From Paramoeba atlantica (Eukaryota; Protista; Discosea): a stretch of DNA of 64,000 bases. The stretch spans positions 248,001-312,000 of the forward strand of contig CDRNVI010000060.1 in the NCBI GenBank assembly GCA_977017575.1, read 5' to 3'. Below are positions 55,384-64,000 of this stretch, in pieces. Positions within the stretch are counted from its first letter, which is position 1; every line of letters begins with the position of its first letter. The position numbers were made by a program, and so were the translations under genes. Under the pieces are notes generated by a model. That model did not search any database. It had not been told where the DNA came from and saw only the letters and a list, made by a program, of their open reading frames with translations.

Positions 55384-58300
55384 TCACAACGACGGCAACC
55401 CCCCTAACAAACAATGCCGCAGGGTCTTCTCCCGCCCCCCCATCACCTCCCTCCCCTCCTCCACCCCCCTCCCTTGTCCCACCCCACCCCCTAACAACGT
55501 CTGCGCCATACGTTGAATCGTCCCCGAATGCAACAACCCCTCCACCCCCTCCTCCCCCCCTTCCCCACCCCCTTCCCCCTTCCCCCTATGATACCGAATC
55601 ACCGGCACCGTCTTTTTCTCCCCCTTCCACACCCCCTCCCCCCCCTCCCCCCCTCCCCCTCCCCCCATCGCCCCCCTCAGCACCCCCTCCCCCACCACCC
55701 TCTTCCGTGCCGCGATCCCCACACACAGCCCCTCCACGCTCCCCTTCGTCACGCACCGGTGGACGAACACCTCCTTGGTTTGTCCGATCCGGTGGGCCCT
55801 TCCCACGGCCTGCTCCTCCACCGCGGGGTTCCACCACGGGTCCGCGACCACCACGTGGTTGGCCGCCGTGAGGTTCAGCCCCACCCCCGAGGCCATCTTA
55901 CTCGCGAGCAGGACACCCACCGAGGGGTCCGTGGCGAAGGTGTGGAGCACCGCGGCGCGCTCCGCCGGGGGGAGCGACCCGTGGAGGGAGAGGCTGGGGA
56001 TGTTGCTTCGGGAGAGCGCGATCTCGAGGATGGCCAGGAAGGAGACGAAGTGGGAGAAGAGGAGGATCTTGTCGTGGGGGTGGGCGGCGCGGGTGGAGGA
56101 GAGGATGGCGAGCAGCATGTCGAGTTTGCTGCTGGAGTGGAAGGGGCGGGCGCGGTAGAGGGCGCGGCGGGCGTCGAGGTCGAGCGGGGGGCGGGGGGAG
56201 GAGGCGCGGAGGGTGGCGCGGGTGAGGAAGGCGGGGCAGCCGGGGTGGGGGCAGGGGATGCGGATGGGGGTGGGGGAGGGGGTGGAAGCGTTGGGCTCGG
56301 GGGGGGGACCCCGGGAGGGGGGTGCGGTTGGGGTGGATTTCGTCGGGGGGTTGCCCAGCATGAGATGGGCGGAATGGGGGAGTGGACCATCGAGGGGGTG
56401 TTGAGGTGAGTGCGGTACTTCGTAGAGGGTATCCGCGCCTGGGGTGGTGCTTTCGATCTTTGAGGGGGGAGGGTCGGCGGCGCGCTCGAAGGCCGCGTTC
56501 AGGCATGGATGACACAGGGAGTGTCCACAGGGGGTGCGAACAGGGTACTCCAACACTTGTTCGCAAATGTCACACAAGACATCGTCCTCGGTCAGGTCCG
56601 CCCCCTCCACGAGCCAGGGATGACAACAGACCTGACGCAGCCGGCAGAGCATGGCGAAAACCGACATGGCCGTTTTGGAGCTCGTGGACCGGGAGAGTTT
56701 GGTCTGGGTCCGTTGTATGATACGGTTGTACAGGGAAGCTTCCAGCCCCGTGGGGGTACACAAGTCCACAAACTCGTGTTTGGGCGGAAGGGCCACTAAG
56801 GTGCGAAAGGCGGGTTTGGAGTCGGTGCCACGTGGGCCACGTGTAGTGATGGGCATCACGGGCTCGCGTCGGAGCACAACGTTACATAGCGAGCGCGCAA
56901 GGCTTCGGCGTAGCAGGGTGTCACTGAGGAACATCGCGTTGTCCACCTTCTTGGACACGGGCAACTCCGGCGCCCCCACAAAGCGAAGGAGGGATTGTAA
57001 GTCGAGTACGGAGTTGTGCAATGGGGTTGCGGTCACGCACCAACGTTTCATCCCAAGTAGTTGGTGGACAGCTTTCCATCGTAGCGTGGTAGAATGACGA
57101 ATAATGTGGGCTTCGTCGAGAATTATCCGCTTCCAGTAGACATTAAACATGGGACCACATTGGTCACGACGCCACAAGTCTTCCGTGTTGTTAGAACCAC
57201 CCATGTGGGTGTCGTGCCCGTCACCCGATGGCCATTCTACAGAGTTGAGCTCCGACTCGTCTGACTTTTCCTCTGGGGCGGACTCCGGATCAGCGTCTTT
57301 TCGACACAGGCTGTCCGCTGCATGAGACACAAGTGTGTCATACGTGGTTAAAACAAAGTCGTATTGCTCGAGAACGGCAGAAGGGAGATTCTTGATCCCT
57401 TGCCCATGCGCAACGAATGTACGAAGCTTTAGCTCCGGTCTTATGCGGGTTTCTAATTCATGTTTCCATTGCATAATAATCGCACTGGGAACAATAATCA
57501 GAGTCCGCAGCTCCGAGGTATTTTGGCATACCGCTTTGGTCGACACAGGCGCATCCAAAAACGCTCGGCACTTTCGCAGATAGTTTGGAAATGACCGAGC
57601 CGCGTATTTCAGCCACGGTTCTATACGTGCAAGACTCTTGCTAAGAATTTCTTTATGGTTCTCCGGAGTGAGGTTCTCTGTCTCTTGATCAAGTCGAATC
57701 CGTAGTTCAAGTAAATCCTCCCCGGGTCGAGTAAACCGTGAGCAACTTCCAATCCCAGGCAAGCGATACAGTAACCGAGTTACTGTCACAATACGGTGCA
57801 TGTGAGCAACGCTTGAGGCTTCCGGCCCCGCACTTTGAATAATTTCATGTGCCAATTGGGTATCTGAGTGCAGTAACCGCAACGGGTTGGCCAGCATAAG
57901 ACCGATGAGTTCAACGGTTTTGCCGAGCCCCAGGAAATCGGCTAGTATGCCGCCATTGGAAATAATCTCACGTCGCACCATCCAAGCCACTGCTTCTTTT
58001 TGAAAAGGAAGTAACTCGATATTCATTCTGGAAGACGGGACAATTCGTTGAATAAGTTCCTCCGAGATTGTATTTTGTGATTCCTTTTGGGTAAGTTGCT
58101 GACAAAACTCCGCTGAGAGTTCGGTTATTGGACCTTCAAGGGAGGTATCCGGATTATCTGCAGAACAGGTTGGAGGAAGCGTGTCATGAGATCCTGTTTC
58201 GTCGGTTACGTCTTTTAGATGTCTTTTTTGTGGAATAGCTGATGTTTTCGCGCAGCCTAAAACGGCATCTGACTGCGCCATCTCCGGTTTCGAACCAACA

Positions 58301-58437
58301 GGTGAGGAGCTCCCACCCTGCTGTTTCTTAGAAAAGGTTGTGTGGCATAGCGATCTTGCTGCTGTGCACGTACGGTCCAAGTGAAAAACGGAAGGACGAA
58401 TCCTCAGAAAATGTCTTCGGGGGAGGGAAAAGTTCAT
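55384..58437 (-). CDS. RAD5/RAD16-like SNF2 ATPase with RING finger
   Basis: LLPFQKEAVAWM, GGILADFLGLGKT, WKRIILDEAH, TATPLHN, LCRLRQVCCHP, RING CDIC..CGHSLCHPC..CP, GVGLNLTAANHV, WWNPAVEEQAVGRAHRIGQ. Confidence 0.95.
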   Translation of the reverse strand: MNFSLPRRHFLRIRPSVFHLDRTCTAARSLCHTTFSKKQQGGSSSPVGSKPEMAQSDAVLGCAKTSAIPQKRHLKDVTDETGSHDTLPPTCSADNPDTSLEGPITELSAEFCQQLTQKESQNTISEELIQRIVPSSRMNIELLPFQKEAVAWMVRREIISNGGILADFLGLGKTVELIGLMLANPLRLLHSDTQLAHEIIQSAGPEASSVAHMHRIVTVTRLLYRLPGIGSCSRFTRPGEDLLELRIRLDQETENLTPENHKEILSKSLARIEPWLKYAARSFPNYLRKCRAFLDAPVSTKAVCQNTSELRTLIIVPSAIIMQWKHELETRIRPELKLRTFVAHGQGIKNLPSAVLEQYDFVLTTYDTLVSHAADSLCRKDADPESAPEEKSDESELNSVEWPSGDGHDTHMGGSNNTEDLWRRDQCGPMFNVYWKRIILDEAHIIRHSTTLRWKAVHQLLGMKRWCVTATPLHNSVLDLQSLLRFVGAPELPVSKKVDNAMFLSDTLLRRSLARSLCNVVLRREPVMPITTRGPRGTDSKPAFRTLVALPPKHEFVDLCTPTGLEASLYNRIIQRTQTKLSRSTSSKTAMSVFAMLCRLRQVCCHPWLVEGADLTEDDVLCDICEQVLEYPVRTPCGHSLCHPCLNAAFERAADPPPSKIESTTPGADTLYEVPHSPQHPLDGPLPHSAHLMLGNPPTKSTPTAPPSRGPPPEPNASTPSPTPIRIPCPHPGCPAFLTRATLRASSPRPPLDLDARRALYRARPFHSSSKLDMLLAILSSTRAAHPHDKILLFSHFVSFLAILEIALSRSNIPSLSLHGSLPPAERAAVLHTFATDPSVGVLLASKMASGVGLNLTAANHVVVADPWWNPAVEEQAVGRAHRIGQTKEVFVHRCVTKGSVEGLCVGIAARKRVVGEGVLRGAMGGGGGGEGGEGVWKGEKKTVPVIRYHRGKGEGGGEGGEEGVEGLLHSGTIQRMAQTLLGGGVGQGRGVEEGREVMGGREKTLRHCLLGGLPSL

Positions 58438-58712
58438 TACATGCGACAGAGCAAACCTAGAGTAGTAATAAGACCTACTGAGTAATAACGAAACTACTCG
58501 AATTAGTCAATAAAAGGAAAGCAAGGTGGAAGTACTTTTTAATCAAAGGTGCAGAAAATCACCTAAATAATTCTTGTCTAAAATGGTCCAATACATACCT
58601 GGGCATGGCTTCTATGCCTTCCATAACTCGTTCAAGATATGGAACGATAAATGTAGGTAATGTTTCGGATAATTTGCAAGCTAAACATAGAGGGAACTAT
58701 TTACTAAATATT

Positions 58713-58760
58713 CTAAAACGTTTATGAAAAAGAGAGGAAAAAGAGAAAAAGAAGGAAAGG
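58713..58760 (-). promoter_or_regulatory. Polypyrimidine tract plus AG, candidate trans-splice acceptor for the SNF2 gene
   Basis: Minus strand cctttccttctttttctctttttcctctcttttcataaacgttttAG. Confidence 0.45.
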
Positions 58761-59256
58761 TGGCATCTTTTAACAATGCTATTGTTTTTTTTGTTTTTTT
58801 ATTGTTGTAACCTACGCGTTCAAGCCTTGCAACTATTGCATTGTGGGGTGAAAGTAAAAGAAAATTCGCTTCTTTATGACTTTTTAGCTTGACATTTTTC
58901 TTTTCAACAAAAGGACATTATCTACGTACATAATATTGTATATGACTATTGTATACTCATTTTCCGTTATTTTCTATGGTATGCCAGGGGTGTCGTGGGT
59001 TCGCTTGTCGATGACAGTTCACCCTCAGCCGTATATCACGCTGGTCGGAAGCACAGTGCGAGCACTGGCTTCGAAGGCACGGGCTTGTCACGAGAAGCGT
59101 TTTCTGTGGAAAAAGGGCACACTCATCAACAAAAGAAATGGAATTAGAGGATAGTGTGTGGCACTGTACTAAGAAATGCAAGAGTAGATTTCTAGATAGG
59201 GTGTAAACTAGGGTGTAAAGCAAATGTTTTTCAAAAAGGTCGAATTTTCCTTTACT

Positions 59257-60460
59257 TTAACCCATTGTGGCAAGTTTGGACAGCGGTCCTTCCATGAGCA
59301 CCGAAAGCTCGGAACAGTAGGAAACAAGTTCCCCCCAAAGGGGATCTTTTCGCAGTGTGTGGGAGTTCCCAACAATAATCAAACCCTCCTGTGCCCTTGT
59401 CAATGCAACATTCATACGACGGCGTTCGGAAAGAAACCCGATTCCGCCATTAGGACTGCTCCGTACACAACTAAACAGAATGTACTTCTTCTCGCGTCCT
59501 TGAAACGCATCTACGAGGGTCGGTTTTGATCATCTCATCAAGCCGTACGTGGAGGTCGTACGGGTGCTTCGGGGTTAGCGGACTCAGTTCCCTCTTGCGG
59601 GAGTACAGCCGGACAACGCTAAGGCCACAGCTGGAAATACGTTCCGCGATGTGATCCACCGCAACGTTACTGGGGGAGCACACCAGAATTTGGGAACGCA
59701 CCGATTTTACCATTTGGTAGACTATGGTCGCACTGGTTGTCGTCTTGCCGGTCCCAGGCGGGCCTTGGATGAGGGTGAGACAACCCTGCAGCGCACTTTG
59801 AACGGCTTCCAATTGACTCTCGTTTAACGTTGGGAGCATTGGGGCGTCGACATGAACATTGTGACGGGACGGGGCGGGGAGGTATCGACTGATATTATTT
59901 CCCAGCAAAGTTCTATAAATATATTCCGAAAAAGTGGTGAGATCGGGACCTAGGGCAAACGTCAGCAAGGCGTCGTTCATGCGCCGATAACAAGTGTCAT
60001 CCCATGTCTTTTTACAGGTGACGGTCATGCGGCTCCGTGAGGGCTGTGCTCGAGTAGTACTTTCGTACAGCAATCTCACATTTAGCATTCCTGTCGTAGT
60101 GGAAGGTGAAATGTCTTTAATCACTGCCATTTCTTTAGTATAATTATTTGCCTTTTGCACTTGAAGCTGTGACATACGATCGCACAGAAGATTCTCTCCC
60201 GAAAGGCTAGAAGCAGATGGTTTTCCAACCTCAGTTTCCTTCGCAAATCTCTTTAGTAAATCCCCGCGCTGCATAGTGTTCACGTACGTTGTGACTCCAC
60301 CCTTTTTTCGACGACGCCCCTGGCCTTGCAGAAGGGTGAATTGTGTGTTCTGATGCAAAGAAATCTGATCTCCATAAATAGGAATAGGGAGCACATAAAA
60401 ATACTTAGTTTTTTGGGAGACAATTTTTTCACAATTTTTGAGATTTTCCCCCTGATTCAT
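59257..60460 (-). pseudogene. UPF1-like SF1 helicase with a large internal deletion and frameshift
   Basis: RRMNDALLTFA..YIYRTLLG, LNESQ, IQGPPGTGKT, LVCSPSNVAVD, VVRL, then a direct jump at ~59515 into another frame reading [33 protein letters not shown], stop at 59257. Confidence 0.85.
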
Positions 60461-61208
60461 GCTACAAAGACGGGGTTGTGGACGATCGCCCGAACACAAA
60501 GACTTCAAAAGGGCTCAGGCTTTGCCTGGGCACGTAACAGCAAGCCGGCGCATGCTTCTTCTTACCGACTACGAAACAACATAATCTTTATACTGTCCAC
60601 GTGTATTATTGTGCCCTTCACTCATAGAGCCGCAAATTTTGGCAAAACGGCATAAGTGGGGGGTACTCGAATTGCGAAAATAGATTTTCATCAAAAACAA
60701 TAAGAGGGTCGATAAGAGCATACGCCTCGGAACTCCATAGAGGAAAAGAATACACTCCTCAAGCGAAGGTAACGACAATGAAAAGCAAAAAGTGCTTAAA
60801 CAGAAAGCAGTCGCCAAATCGTCAATCACAAAAGAAGGAAAATACACAACAAAAAGTACACGAACTACAAAGAAAAAGAAGGAATAGAGCATAATTCCCA
60901 CATAAAACGATCAATAGCTAGATGAAATACATCAGTGACGGGAGGCTTAACAACTACAATTACTATTATATCTTTGCGCGCTTATTAGAAAATGGGACAA
61001 TCCCGGAGCTGACAGGATTGCGACGGTTTAAATCCGGATATTTTAGCCAAGTACTGAAATCTCATACTCACAAACAATTGATTAGGATTTATGAACTTCT
61101 AAAATAAGACGTTTTTGAAAAATTTCCGTAAATATCAGGGACGGAAGCGGAAGGAATTATATTTTTAGGGGAAACTGTGAAACCCTTAACTGAAGGAATA
61201 CCTTCAGT

Positions 61209-61252
61209 GTAGGTAGGTAGGTAGGTAGGTAGGTAGGTAGGTAGGTAGGTAG
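61209..61252. repeat. (GTAG)11 microsatellite
   Basis: Direct reading. Confidence 0.95.
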
Positions 61253-61333
61253 GGTAACAGTACTTACAACCGAACACATTTTTTTCCGTCTTAGGACTTA
61301 AAGCATGTACAAATATTCATCATTTCTATCATA

Positions 61334-61644
61334 CTGTGACCCACCCTTTATACTTCGCCCATTTCGAGCTGTAACGAAGTATAAACGGGGGGTCTGAACT
61401 TTTTCCCCGCTATAAAAAAAGGCCGCACCGCTTCGCTGCGCGGTTCATCCAGTTTTCCTGCCTTTCCATTGTATCACCTTCCATCTCATGGGAAGACTTA
61501 GAACATTTTTGTTTTTTTCTAAAAAATTTAGAAAATTTACGAATTGTTTTTAAAAACAATCGTCCCCCTTCGGGGGGCGCACACGAAAAACGAAGTATAA
61601 AGGGGGGGTCTGACCAGCGAAGTATAAATGGGGGGGGGTCACAG
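61334..61644. mobile_element. pogo-like MITE (~311 bp) of the CTGT(G/C)ACCCC family
   Basis: TA-ctgtgacccaccctttatacttc ... gaagtataaatggggggggtcacag; gaagtataaa boxes as in 36013-37267; right TA not intact. Confidence 0.75.
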
Positions 61645-61672
61645 TGTATTAGAGGATGACATTTGACTTGGA

Positions 61673-62638
61673 TCACGCATCACTCTTGTCAGATTTAGCT
61701 GAGATGAAAGCAACATACGTTTGTGGGGTATACCGGTTAACGGAACTGTCTATATTATGATACGCACCCTGACTGGTCTGAGGTATCAATGCTTTGTAGA
61801 TCACCGCCTCAATCGGATTGTGGGAAAGGTTAATGTCTATCTCTTCTAGACCATTTCCTGTCAGATCCACGACTCCACTGATTTTATTATTTGAAACATC
61901 TAAGGCTTTCAAACCCCCACGAGAAGACGAAATGTTTATAACACTCTCAAATAAATTCCCTTCAAATTCTAGCTGGCACAGTGCTTTTGGGAGATTGTCA
62001 AGATTAAGTACACCACTTAATTGATTATTGTTCAAGTTAATATGGTAGAGAGTGGCGGGTAACGAAGAAAGATCAATCGTACCCTGAAACTGGTTGTAAC
62101 CGGCATTAAAGCTGTTTATATTCGGGGGTAACTCAGTGAGGTCGACCGGGCCTCGCAGACGATTTTTGTGTATAATAAAATCTGCCATAGAGGCGGGAAG
62201 TGCAGTGAAATCGAATACACCTTCATGGAGGTGCCCCGCAACGTTCAACAGTCTCAATGGAGCAGGCAAATCTGTAGAGGACAATGTCCCAGTGAGTCCT
62301 GCTTTCTTCTGATGACAGGGCGCCATAACCAATATAACGTGGGGAGGTAGAAAATTCCATGTCACGTTCCCGGAAAGTCCGATTGCATTCCACCAGAGTT
62401 GTGTGACTTGTGATTCACGGTTGCACGATACTCCTTTCCAAGAACATGCGGACTTCCTCTTCCACGAGGGAGGGGGGTCGTCAACATGCTGGACGAGCCG
62501 ACGCATCATGTCGATCTCCGACATTGTAACTGGGCTAACTTTGCTTCCAAATTTTCGTCTCTTTTGAGCAGGTTGCTCTGGGGGTCTGTCTGCTGCGAAA
62601 ATAAAACAAACAGGTAGCAGGCTAAACGTTGTGGCCAT
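61673..62638 (-). CDS. Leucine-rich repeat protein with hydrophobic N-terminus and Cys/Trp cap
   Basis: MATTFSLLPVCFIFAAD, cap DPPPSW..ACSWKGVSC, LRRs of the type LxxLxLxNNQLSGVLNL. Confidence 0.9.
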   Translation of the reverse strand: MATTFSLLPVCFIFAADRPPEQPAQKRRKFGSKVSPVTMSEIDMMRRLVQHVDDPPPSWKRKSACSWKGVSCNRESQVTQLWWNAIGLSGNVTWNFLPPHVILVMAPCHQKKAGLTGTLSSTDLPAPLRLLNVAGHLHEGVFDFTALPASMADFIIHKNRLRGPVDLTELPPNINSFNAGYNQFQGTIDLSSLPATLYHINLNNNQLSGVLNLDNLPKALCQLEFEGNLFESVINISSSRGGLKALDVSNNKISGVVDLTGNGLEEIDINLSHNPIEAVIYKALIPQTSQGAYHNIDSSVNRYTPQTYVAFISAKSDKSDA

Positions 62639-63066
62639 ATTATGAGTAAGAAAAGAATATACTATTTTCGTACAAAAAATTATTTTACATGAAAGAGATA
62701 ATTCGCTTTGCCCCAGAGAGTCACATTCGTATTATTTTCATTCGCGCCTTCTTTCGATATCCCGTAAATAATATTCCCCGTCATTAAATTACCCGTCAAT
62801 ACATCTAGTGCTGTAACAGGGAACAAGTTCTCGACGACGCCTGCCATCGCGTGATAACTGTCATGTATCCCTTCCTCCTTTTTGGCCCGATTACACGGCT
62901 GAACTGGTTTCCTGCTTCGCACGATATCCTATCCACTCTTTCCGAAACCATTACCCCCCCCCCCCGGAGGGGACGATGGAGAAGACAGGGAATCTGAACC
63001 GAACCCAGGTTCTACATGACTCGCCCTACATGTAGGTTACACAGCACAACATCGCAAAAACGGTGG

Positions 63067-64000
63067 CTATGCGCGACGAACCAGCGAACCCATCAACATC
63101 CATATCTGGTACAGGCTGCAAAGAAAATGCAGCGCACTAAGCGACCAGAGAGTGTAGATATCAAGCCGTCCCTCAAACTCAAAATGTGCAGCGCCTATGA
63201 TCCAAGCCACCAAAGCGACCAACTTCGGCATGGAGCTTTTCACCACGAGTCGAACCGCATGTTTGTATATTCTCATTGCGTTAAGATTCTCTTGGATCGA
63301 ATCTCTTCGTTTCGACAAATGCGTTTCGACAACGCATGTGGTGTACGGTATGATTAACGGGAGAACGCTGAGATACCAGACTGCATATTGCACTGTGTGG
63401 ACTTTATTAAACGTAACGAACAGCAGCGCGGTAAAGAACAAGCCCACCGGGAGACGCGCTCGTAGGGAATAGAAAACAGTAAGGATACAAACGAGCTGTA
63501 GAAGAAGAGGAACGTGTTTGGCGATGGCATACATTTGTGCCTCGTGTACTTCTGAATTCACGTCGGGTCTTAAATAAAACATGAGAAAGTAGGGCGAAAG
63601 ATTATGTCGGTGGTCAACGCGTGAGAAATGGTAGAGCATGCCCTCATAGAGGGCCTGAAATCCAAAAGCGAGATAGCCGAGCAGAAGGGTGCATAGAAAT
63701 GAAAAGGAGGCAGTGAGAAGAAAAACGGTCTTCGCCCGCAACCGCGGCAGCAGGGTGTCTGTATGAGGATGGAGTGACCCCAAAAGCAACAAGGGGGTAA
63801 AAAGAATAGGAAAGAGACGCAAATGCGTAGCAAGTCCAAACAGTGCCCCTGCAATCATCGGCCGATCCACACACAGGAAATACAGCGTACATAACATCGG
63901 GAGAGCTGCGGTTAGACTGTCCGCATTCCCTCTTGTAGAGATATTCAACACGAGAGGGTGCAATAAATACAGACTGGGGAGAAGCTGAGCCAATGTGTTG
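63067..64000 (-). CDS. PIGM: GPI mannosyltransferase I (PIG-M), 5' part outside the window
   Basis: LNISTRGNADS, HLRLFPI, YHFSRVDHRHNLSPYF, FVTFNKVHTVQYAVWYLSVLP; multi-pass hydrophobic. Confidence 0.93.
   Translation of the reverse strand, partial: NTLAQLLPSLYLLHPLVLNISTRGNADSLTAALPMLCTLYFLCVDRPMIAGALFGLATHLRLFPILFTPLLLLGSLHPHTDTLLPRLRAKTVFLLTASFSFLCTLLLGYLAFGFQALYEGMLYHFSRVDHRHNLSPYFLMFYLRPDVNSEVHEAQMYAIAKHVPLLLQLVCILTVFYSLRARLPVGLFFTALLFVTFNKVHTVQYAVWYLSVLPLIIPYTTCVVETHLSKRRDSIQENLNAMRIYKHAVRLVVKSSMPKLVALVAWIIGAAHFEFEGRLDIYTLWSLSALHFLCSLYQIWMLMGSLVRRA

Noticed and set aside
55290-56566. Many long overlapping Pro/Gly/Arg-rich ORFs here and over RAD51, PDI and PI4K
   Set aside because: Shadow frames caused by extreme GC content over real genes.
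7458-58437. RAD51, TOP3A and a RAD5/16-like gene in one window as a DNA-repair cluster
   Set aside because: They are tens of kb apart among unrelated genes, and polycistronic clusters of this type are not generally functionally grouped.
59195-59222. tagggtgtaaa doublet resembling telomeric or minicircle motifs
   Set aside because: Only two units, matching neither TTAGGG arrays nor GGGGTTGGTGTA.

Overview
Eukaryotic, intron-free DNA with the organisation of a kinetoplastid-type directional gene cluster. All 14 recognisable host genes lie on the minus strand: a 1315-aa orphan, RAD51 with a trypanosomatid-like sequence, three LRR genes, a 228-aa orphan, a PDI/thioredoxin, TOP3A, PI4-kinase, a cis-prenyltransferase, a probable mL41, a RAD5/RAD16-like SNF2-RING ATPase, an internally deleted UPF1-like gene and PIG-M. 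The intergenic space is packed with mostly decayed transposons: PIF/Harbinger, two full-length Tc1-like elements with an unusual DD32E triad, pogo elements and their TA-flanked MITEs, four or more Merlin (IS1595-like) copies, a hAT fragment that shares one open frame with a Merlin, a near full-length RLE-type non-LTR retrotransposon with two truncated copies, and an RT fragment of another clade. Most notable: a near full-length spliced-leader-like sequence sits exactly at the 5' end of the RLE retrotransposon, and the same 20-mer recurs in the 3' region of two Merlin elements. All calls are from motif recognition and manual alignment without database searches. Frameshifts in homopolymer runs could be sequencing or assembly errors.
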